The translations under genes were made by a program, and so were the position numbers. The notes under the pieces are model-generated. The model did no database searches. It was not told the DNA's origin and worked only from the letters and a program-made list of their open reading frames with translations. Of a stretch of 64,000 bases of DNA, positions 54,633-64,000 are shown one piece after another. This stretch comes from Dicyema japonicum (lineage: Eukaryota > Animalia > Dicyemida): the NCBI GenBank assembly GCA_011109175.1, contig RDEW01000050.1:291581-355580 (forward strand). Direction: 5' to 3'. Position 1 is the first letter of the stretch; each line of letters opens with the position of its first letter.

Positions 54633-56018
54633 ATGGCTGTTAAAATTGTACTCAATAAATTGGAGACAATCAAGGTAAAGTCGCCGATCACAGCTATCTG
54701 GTATTTCAGTAAGGAAGATGCTGTTGTCACTACTAATGAGGACCTGTTTTGTCATGTTGTCATCATTCTTTAGAACTTAAAATTTGGCTGAAAAGACTGA
54801 ACGGAGAATTCTGGCCTAGTGTTTCCCAACCTTTAAAAAGTTTCTGATTTACTGATTCCCAGCAATCGCACGAACACTTATCTGCTACAATGGCGCCAAC
54901 GGTAAGTATATCGTGGTGGGGATGTCTGACGGTGGAATAGAGGTAACCGTAATTTATAAAATGAAGGAATTTTTAATAAATCCAGACTTTAATTGTGTTC
55001 AGTCGTGTGACTATTACCTTGGTTAACCTAAAATGTAATAATAGATCACTCAATGGCTATAACAAGCCTTTGCATTGAAAACTCCTTCATATTTGCCCTT
55101 TCTGATGATGGGACCATGTCATGTCGCCATCCTTCACGAAAAACTACTTCCAACTCAAATCTGTCTTCTGCAGGGAAGAGCATTTACGTGGATCCTTCCA
55201 AAATAATCATTGTGGGGACGTCATCGGGGATTATTGATGTGTTTTCCTGTGATTTGAACTTTTTTGATTCTTCTGTTCCTGTTAACCGTTTGGAGGGTCA
55301 CAAAGGTGGGAGAGGTTAATAATGGACAGGACAAGTCACTTCTCTTTGCTGGTCAAAGGAGTACGACTATTTAGTGTCAGGAGACTCATATGGGGAGATT
55401 ATGCTGTGGGATTTTGGCGGGAAAAGTGGAGTTTACTTGAATATGACATTTCACACGTGGGTTTGGTGGTTACTCTTAGCTCTAAAATTATGTTAACGAG
55501 GATACTACGCAAGTCCACCTATTTACTATCAATCTCCACAACGGGACAGGCTGCTCTATGGAATATGAATTATAAGCGATATAAGGTGGAGTGGCTGGCG
55601 TAATTGTAGAGGGGGGAAATGACCAAGGCGAACTACTGTAGTCGCTGTAACTCTCCATTTATATGGAACCTTAAAATGATGATTCAAAACAAAGTTATGG
55701 GGACCAGGAGAGTTAGTTTTGTGGTCATTTGATAGCATCACTGCAGGAACTGTTTTAAATCATTTTGCGGAAATTGTTGCAGTAATAAGATTATTATCCC
55801 AAAATGGGTTACGAGTGTAGTGTCCTTGTCTGTAATCAATGCTTTGTTGTCCTAAACAATGAGAGTAATAAACCCGAGATGGAGAGTTTTCCCTTAAATG
55901 TTAAGTCCATTGTGGCCTCCCATATTACTAATGATGAGACAGTACTCCTCACTGCTTGTAATGATCGGACTGTCGCTGTATTATTGGGAGTTACTTTTAG
56001 GTATGGAGTTTAAAGTAG
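54633..56018 (+). CDS. WD-repeat and FYVE domain protein (WDFY1/WDFY2 homolog), about 10 exons
   Basis: KIWLKR..GEFWPSV, EFLI..DFN, LEGHKGQVTSLCW, LWDFGGKSG, CSRCNSPFIWNLK, RRHHCRNC..FCGNC and MGYE..V.VC.QC. Nine introns of 23-28 nt. Frame defects near 54775 and 55800. Confidence 0.88.
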
Positions 56019-56184
56019 TCATTAATATATTTTAATATATGGTTTTTATGGTTTATTCTATTTTGTGGGTTCGGTCGCTAAATAATGTTAATTCTCTAAA
56101 ATTAACTATTTTAGGAGGATTATTTGATTTCCTCCCCAATATGACCTTTTGGATAATTGTTTATTGATAATCGTTAAACAATCA

Positions 56185-56290
56185 ATTCGAGGCCCTGACT
56201 GCGTGGCTATTTCTTCTCAGGATTACAAGCGAGATTCACTCAAGTAGTCAATGCGTGTAGAAATCCAATTCCCTGGTAGATCCAGGAAAG
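56185..56290 (-). mobile_element. CRE 3' tip
   Basis: ISTRIDYLSESRL / ISLVILRRNSHAVRAS-like end. Confidence 0.5.
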
Positions 56291-57221
56291 GAAGCCTTTT
56301 AAATAAATTATGTCAGTCTGAAATCGAAACGCAGTTTAATATAGCAAATTATAAGAAATTGGTTGGAAAAAATAGCTATCTATAAATTAATATAAAATTT
56401 CAACTATTTTTTAAATAAAAATAAAAACTAGAGATGAGTCTTGTAAGACTAAATAAAGAAACTTGGGAAAATTAAGGCAATATTACTAAACCCAACAGAT
56501 TCATCTTCTCTGGATTCTTTGGGCCCCATAAGAAGATCCTTATTGCTTAAACTGTCCCAAAATTGTGTTTTAGAAAATATTTTGACAGTCAAAGAATTAG
56601 TTGTGACCACAATTTTATGAGACGCAGTCTTGTTATGCTATTTATGATGATGAGACACCCAATCCTTGTAAGTTAAGAAAAGACTCAGCTGGAAAGAGCG
56701 ACTGATGAGGCATTATTACAGCGATTCTCTACAATAAATTCAAAATTTCGACCTAAAGATTTGCCTAATTGACTTTGAACTTATGTCAAATTTACGTACA
56801 AAAATTTAATGAAAAAAGCTAACCAGAATTTTTATATAAAAACACAGAGTAATATTTTTCAAAACATTTTCAGGTTTACATTGGGGTTTTTAATTTCCCC
56901 AATAATTTCTCTCAACGTAGAGGGACATTTTCAAATAGCTGTATGAGAAATAAGTTGTTTTTTTGTCGAGTTCCACATTCATTACTGGGCCACATAGTCG
57001 TTACCTTTGATTGATCTTTGAATTGTATAAACTCACAAGAGACATTTCGATAAAATGCGGATTATTAATTGACCACAAATGAATACAATAAAATTCTCCA
57101 ATAAAAAAACTAAAGAGATTAAATTATTTTTATTAAAATAAAGGAACAGTCAGCAGAGGGTAATACAGCGGCCGTCCTGGACAACCCGGAGGCGTATAGC
57201 TGAAACAAGGTAATATTACTA

Positions 57222-58350
57222 CAGTGCGACCCCGAATTGGGGAATTTTTTCCCCAATTTTGAGGTTTTCCAAAAAATGGGTTTTGTCATCCTATCTTAAA
57301 ATATAACCAAGACGGATAATTACAATTTTTATTTTTTAATAAAAAAATCTGTTAATTTTAATCGAGTGTTTTGTTTTTTTCGCATCGAACTCATAATTTT
57401 GCTTTTAATCTGTACTTCGGAGTCTCTTGCTTAATGACATTTAGCAGCATTGTGAATGCTCATTCCGCATTGTTTATAACTTGTTGATCATCCAAATGTT
57501 CCAGAAATTGTTCGCTGCAGTCCTCTTCATCACTATTATCACCCCAGAAGCTCTCCAAAATCGCATTTTCCAGAATATCTGAATCAATCAGACTTTCTCC
57601 GGTGTCCTCTTTTTCCCGACAGTCATATTCCAAAGCCTTTTCAAGTATTGGAAGATTCTGTAATCTCCCCCATGCCAATTTCGAACATGAAATTGCATCC
57701 AATATTGTGATTCCCTTTATTGCTTCATCTATTTGAGCTACAGAATTTTTATCATAGATATTCGTTTTCATCATCCAATTATTGAAATGATTCTTAAATG
57801 CCTGTATTATCCCTTGGTCACATGGCTGAATTAAGAAAGTGGTGTTTTTTGGAAAAAAAATTACGTCGACGTTTGAATATTGGGCAGAAACAGCATGACA
57901 AGTTGCATTGTCAATTAATAATGCTATTTTCTTATTTTCTCCCTCATTTCCTCGTTAAATCGAAATAACCAATTTTCAAAAATATTTTTGTCATCCAGGC
58001 TTTGCATGAACATAATATTCAATGCCGATTTCTTTCAGATTCACACTTTTAATACTCTTGGTGACTTCACGCCCAAAAAGTTTATATTTTTCTCCTGTGA
58101 ACTGCAACACAAGTGTCATACGTTCTTTTCTTATTTTATGTCCGCTGTGTGACTCATTTCTTTCAACAAAACTCTTTTTGGAAACGGCTTTATAAAATAA
58201 TGCAGTTTCATCACAATTGAAAATGTTTTCTTCACCACTCAAGCAAATCATTGAAAGTCGATCGGAAGTTTTCCGCACCTCCTTTATCGGCTGATTGTGA
58301 TTCGCCATGTAATATTCTGAATTTTATTTCCAATTGCTTCTTAAATCTGT
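57222..58350 (-). mobile_element. Decayed Tigger/pogo-like (DDE_1) DNA transposon
   Basis: NIFNCDETALFYK, KERMT, LLIDNATCH and PKNTTFLIQPCDQGIIQAFK motifs. TA|CAGTG probable terminus at 57220-57226. Confidence 0.85.
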
Positions 58351-58399
58351 AAAGTTATCCATTGGAAGCAGTGAAATCTTGATTTGAATTTCTATATGC

Positions 58400-61355
58400 A
58401 ATTTTAGTCGAAGTCTACATAAAACCAGACACTGATTAAAATATTACACATCTATATCCTACAGGAAGTTTTCAAAAGAACACCAAGTATTCCTGAAAAA
58501 GATTGAACCGAAACGCTCCGATGACTGGATCCTATTTACTAGTCAGGATGTTCGCAGAGCATATCTAAGGCCAACAACTCAGAGGCCAAAGGACCAGACA
58601 ACATAACCACATGTGAACTGAAGCACCTAGGCCATCGAGCCCTGGAACTATTAGCCTATATATTCAACCTCTCCATTAACACAAATACAATCCCTGAAAT
58701 ATGGAAGAAGTCTCTAATCAGACCTATCCGAAAACCCAACAAACCAATAGATGAACCATCTTCCTATCGCCCAATATCTATTCTAAGTCCGGTCTCAAGG
58801 ATCCTTGAAAGGCTTGTTTTGGAAAAAATACAAGACTCAATCTCAATACCTCCGACCCAGCACGGATTCCGGGACAACCATTCGACGACAACACACCTTA
58901 CAACCTCACACAATTCTTTGCGGAAGGATTTAACTCCTCCAAACCCCATCAGAGGACAGTACTTATATCCATGGACATCACAAAAGCGTTTGACTCAGTC
59001 CCTAGGAAACTCCTAACAAAGGAAATATTTGAAACCAACATCAATCCGAACCTGAAACTTTGGCTTGGAAACTTCATAAATGGACGACGAGCACAAGTAC
59101 TCTGCAACAGCATCAAATCAAGATCTCGCTATTTTCCAAATGGAGTCCCTCAATGCTCCCCACTATCACCCCAACTCTTCGTTTTCTATATAAACGACAT
59201 GCCACAAACCTGTAATGAAAACTGCCTAATCATCTTTTATGCCGACGATATCATTTTTGCTTCCAAGGACAGAAGCATTCAATCAGCGACTCAGTCTGCT
59301 CAACAAATGCTCGACAACTTGGAACTATGGCTCTCGAAGCGGAGACTTGACACATCAGCAGCAAAGTCCTTTGTCACACTGTTTACCACCTACAAGAGAC
59401 AGCTCTGTATCGAACCAAAAGTCTTTATGAAGAACGAAGCTATCTCTATTAACAAAACACCGAAGATTCTGGGAGTAACCTTTGATCAGGGACTCATTTT
59501 TATCCGGCATGTTGAAAACAGAGTAACTTCTGCTCTGAAAAAATTAAGAATTTTAAAAGTGCTCTCAAAAACACTTAGAGATCAAACTGGGATCCTTGCC
59601 ACGATTTACAAACAATTTATCCGACCAACGATGACGTATGCAAGTCCTTCATGGGCAATGCAAATGCCACGATCTTCCTCATTGAAATTATCTGCAATCG
59701 AGGAGACTGCAATAAGGTTAATTGGACCAGAACACAATATCCAACCTATTGAAAATTTTTTAATTGAACTACAACGAAACTATTAAAGGAGGCTGTTCTA
59801 CCGAGCTGCCCTCTATATTCCAAATACTATCGAATTTTTTTTTTTTTTTTAAACAAAAATTTATTAACAATAAAATATTATTTATTAACCATGGGGGAGA
59901 GCGGCTGCTGACATCACGGAGTAAGCGTTTCCGCGACAACTGCGATACCAATTTGTTGCCTCAGCCAGACCGCTTCCCGCACGTCTTTTTTGCGGTGGGC
60001 CAATTTCCCCCCGATTTCCTTTAGGAAAGAGGCTGTAATACTTCCGGCCGCACCAGACGTCTCGATTGCTACCGGTACAAAACGGTAGCGGTCTCCAATT
60101 TCGCCATATTTTTTAATCTTGATTTTCTCGGCCAGATCGGCTGCCGATCCAGCAGACTGCGCCGAGCTGAGTATCATCGAGTTCGAGAAAGAATCCACAA
60201 CAGTGCAGTCCCATACGAGCGATTTTCCCTCAGTGAACGGAAAGATAGTTAACCCATCCGGTCTTTTCCCATCTCCGCGGTCCAATCCCACAGGTTCCAA
60301 TACTGCCGGGAAGCCTGCCGCTTCAAGAGCTCGCAAGACAATGTTGTTCATAGCAGCATGGCGGGGTGCTCTGCCCGCACTCCTTTTGCACGAGAGCGGG
60401 TGCAGCCCTTTGGCATCGACGATCCCTCCACAGCGACATTGGTGTTCGACGCAAACATCAGCTCCCAGGCGTTGTGCGATTCCAATCCGAATACAGTCAT
60501 CGTCCAATAGGGTCCCCAGGGAGGAAGACGGGAGTGCATCCAGCCACGCTCCGCTCCCATGGTTGGCGGCGGACACGAGGCATGCAAGACGATGCTGGTT
60601 GGCCTCAGACTTTAGCACGTCGAAGATATTCTTGGAGTAAATATCATCCCAGTCACGTTGCCTCGAAGGATCGTTCGGCATATCCAAACCAGTTTCACAC
60701 CATTCGCAACGCGCTTCGTCGAAGACTTTTTCCCAAGAGAGTCCGGTTGTAATACGTAGGATTTCTTGGACCAAAAGGCTTCCACTTGAGAGCGATGACA
60801 CATATGCTGGATAGGCGATCTCCAGCGCCGACCTGAGACCCGTTCCTCCGAGGCGTGTAGGAAGCTTGCATTGGTTCCAACTCGGCGCATCAAACTGGAT
60901 GTTTAGAAGTAATTCAGCTGATTTTCTCAATGTCCTATCCAGTGACAGGAGGATGTCACGATGTTTGAAGCAGGGAGAACATCGGAGAGCATATAGGAGT
61001 TTGGGCAAGCCGATGCTATTCTTCAAAAGGAAGAACGCTGTATGACCATCGAGTAAGGAAAGTTTCTCCGTGACTCTGGAGAGTTCATCCTCTTTTGTTT
61101 GTAGATGGCTCCGCAGTTCCTTTTCGTCAAGTGGGCACCCAAGAAAGTATGTCCGCTCCCTGGGGGCTATCGAATTATCTACAATCATACAGAAATTGTG
61201 AGCCGATGCCATGTCTTATGAGGAAAGCTGTTCAGGATTTTCGACCCCGCCGGACTCGTCCTCACCTTTGTCGGTCTGGGATCACTTAGTTAGATGAGAA
61301 CTTTTATTTCTTTCTCTTTGACCCAGTGATCCTGGGGGTAATAATAATAATAATA
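58400..61355 (+). mobile_element. 5'-truncated LINE family A interrupted by a CRE insertion
   Basis: GPDNI, SYRPISILS, QHGFR, DITKAFDSV, GVPQCSPLSP, YADDI and KILGVTFD. Resumes at 61177 and ends in the hairpin plus (TAA)5. Confidence 0.9.
59837..61166 (-). mobile_element. Young 5'-truncated CRE insertion
   Basis: Open frame covering thumb, CCHC and RLE (RPDG..WDCT..FVPVAIETSG), a poly(A) tail, and a perfect 10-bp TSD CTATCGAATT (59827-59836, 61167-61176). Confidence 0.93.
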
Positions 61356-61879
61356 TGCAATTTTAGTTATTTTTTACTTCAATAAAATTTTTACAATAAT
61401 AGTCAACAATTTCAAGACAATTTCCTAGTCTGACCATAATTATTTTGAATAAATAGCCAATTTCAATAAAATTTTCTGTTTTTGTAGAGGAAATTTATTT
61501 GTGTATATTTATATCGATTTCGTAGATCAAACCAATATTTCCAACTATATAATAAATGCTTGTAAAAACTCAAAAATAGCTTCGGTCAAGTTATCTTTAA
61601 CCTTTCCAATGACCTTCATGATTGAACGTGGCATAACAGATGATGACACGTTAGTATTTTATTCAAAAACTCTAGAAATTAAAAAACAAAATCAATAAAA
61701 TCAATAAAAATTTTTACTTTATTGACCTAAAAATTAAATTTTGACTTTTTTGACCTTATAACTTTTGATTATAAATTACATTTTTATAAGTCCATTTTTA
61801 GGTATCGAATAAATCTTTCACGAGAAAGTTTTTTTTTCAGAAGGCTGGCCACCAAGATTGCCTCCTATATTATATTCCC

Positions 61880-63470
61880 CTCGTAACACAATTCTTGAAT
61901 CCCCTTCTCAAGGAGTCGGTGTTCGTCTCACCAACTGACCCTGAAGCAATTCAACGGCGTTCTTCATGAACAATCCCGGTAAGGATCCCAAGGCCGTACA
62001 CCCTGTCGTACGCGTACGCTATGAGGACCAAAATTCGTTCTTTTATGGAAGGAACCCATATTTCCAGTTGCCCCACATCTTCTAACCATAAGCGGGAGAC
62101 ACATAGTCCGAACAAGGAAGTAGAATTGCTTCGTCTCAAGAGAACTATTCGTTTGAAGTTAATCGATAATGGGACTTTCTTTAAGTGGACCCCAAAAACC
62201 GACTCCTGACGTTTACAGTATTTTGTTGAGCAAGCATTCTCTGTCGCTTCACGACCTACGCCCATTTGCTCCTCCATCCGAAGTGAGTCCCCTGACTGCA
62301 TCAAACGATGAAGTATTCCTCGCAATATGGGATTTTTCCTTTAGTAGCAGCGGCGGGGTCGAAGAATGAAACATGTCTATCTGAAAGACCTAACTTCTTT
62401 ATCCGTAGAAGATCAAAAACTTCGTCTTATGAATTCAACTACCTCACTGATGAACCGGATTATGACTGGAGTACTTCCCTAAGTTGTCCGCCAATTTGAT
62501 AGTCTTCGATAAGAATGGCGGCGGAATATGGCCGGTTGCCATCGGGTTTGTTTTCAAGAGACTGGCCGCCAAGATTGCCTCCCGAATTGCTCAAGATTGC
62601 TCAAGATTCCGTGAGAACATTCCTAAACCGCAGTATGGAATATTCCCGGAGATATGTACTCGTCAAACTAAACATAGAAAACGCTTTCAACAGTCTAAAA
62701 AGATAATATCCTGGGGGCGTGTATGGAAAGATGCCCTAATAATCCTTTAGTCTACCTTCATCCTTACTCTTCGGGGACTACGTAATCCCTTAATCTACCG
62801 CAGCGCAACAAAAAGACCCTCTTTGATCCTTTTGTTTTGTTTTGCAATCGAAAAAAATCACAAAACTTGATATCTGGATGATTGCGGTTCTCAGAGGATC
62901 CCCATTCACACCGATGTGGAGAATAGATTGACTGTTTTGGCCTGCACCCTCTCTCAAGCAGGAAGAGTGGGGAAAAATCTCCCAGACATATGGCCCTAAA
63001 CAAAGTCGTTAGGCGATTGTTGTACGCTGCCGGAAATCCTTCTACACTCGAACCATTCGGCCTTTGCAGACGTAATAGGAAAAGACCCGATGAGGTGACA
63101 ACCTCCTTTGAAGCCGGTAAACTTTTTATCAGGGATTTCACATGCACCGACACATTCAGCCCATGCAACCTATGTCAGGTGCCTTTGGAGTCTGCTCTGT
63201 CGCTGAGAAGGCCGAGATCAAAACAGGAAAAGTACGCGGTCCTATAGGAAGGTTTTTTTTCTACAGGCAGTTGAAACTTCTGGTTCCTTTGCGCTTACGA
63301 CTCTGGAATCCTTGAGTCGTTTAGGAAATCGAATTTCTGCACGAACAGGAGATCCCCGTGAGCGCTATTGGTTATTGGAGCGAATCTCGCTCCCTATCCT
63401 GGGAGGGAATAGCCACATAATCAGAGCGGTCGCTATATGACCTTTTTGTGTATTTAGTTTTAACAATGTC
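61880..63470 (+). mobile_element. CRE copy with many internal deletions
   Basis: GGIWPVAIGFVFKRLAAK, KLNIENAFNS, LEPFGL..RKRPD, DFTCTDT and WLLERISL motifs. Confidence 0.8.
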
Positions 63471-64000
63471 AAAATGAGTCAAGGTCTAACGGTATTGCCT
63501 TTAGCACGGAAACGAATGTGGATCTCCATATTTTTTAATTTTTGTTGGAAAAAAATTTTTTTGGATAATGGTCTTGTCTTACTTTTATTTGCGGCAGCTT
63601 TTATCGAAGAAATAAGATATCAGTGTTTTTCAAATCTGATTTTTAAACACAGTCGTGAAGATGTAGAACACAAGTTATTCTATGCGAATTCGTACATTAA
63701 AATTAATAACCTACACACGACTAACCAGTCAGCTTATTTTATCGAGCAAACGAAAGTGAACACTTTTGCAAGCCAACTCGTAAGAATCGAATCAAAGTGA
63801 GTCAATCATAGTCGTACTGATTAAATTTACATTTCAAAGGTGACTTAGTAAGGATGGAATCCTAGAATATGACTATAAAGGCCGTGATATAAACTGAATA
63901 ATCGATAAATGGTTGCTTTCAGAGTGAGGAGAATAGGGGAATACTCTTGTTTGTAGAAAAAAACAAAAAACTCTTTGGGCATCTTCTAAGTTTGGATGTT

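Noticed and set aside
54746-54790. Stop-codon reassignment or Euplotes-type +1 frameshift at a TAA in WDFY
   Set aside because: TAA and TAG end the other genes and no in-frame stops occur in clean exons. Missing homopolymer bases restore EDLTLKIW more simply.

Overview
Eukaryotic, AT-rich, metazoan-like genomic DNA. A few very compact genes sit among decayed and nested transposable elements. I reconstructed seven protein-coding genes by hand-splicing: RPA43/POLR1F-like, inorganic pyrophosphatase, MCM7, RPL13, a two-pore K+ channel, a C7orf57/DUF5524 homolog and a WDFY1/2 homolog. Two of these (RPA43-like, C7orf57-like) are invisible in the ORF track. There are also tRNA-Thr(UGU) and tRNA-Ala(UGC). 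The dominant signal is a micro-intron system: by manual count 37 of 38 coding introns are 21-28 nt and 28 are exactly 23 or 24 nt. Donors are conserved only at GT, a TNAY branch-like motif sits 7-9 nt from the 3' end, and there is no polypyrimidine tract. This fits a dicyemid-like animal (inference). Intergenic DNA holds CRE-clade and R4/Dong-like RLE retrotransposons, several APE-type LINE families, a MULE derivative and a Tigger/pogo remnant. The CRE copies show a PHD finger, target-site duplications from 10 to 79 bp, and 3'-truncated insertions ending at internal A-runs. One R4-like element appears essentially intact and resembles a family I recall from microsporidia. Recurrent 1-nt deletions in homopolymers break essential genes and are probably assembly errors. 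Boundaries of decayed TEs are approximate.
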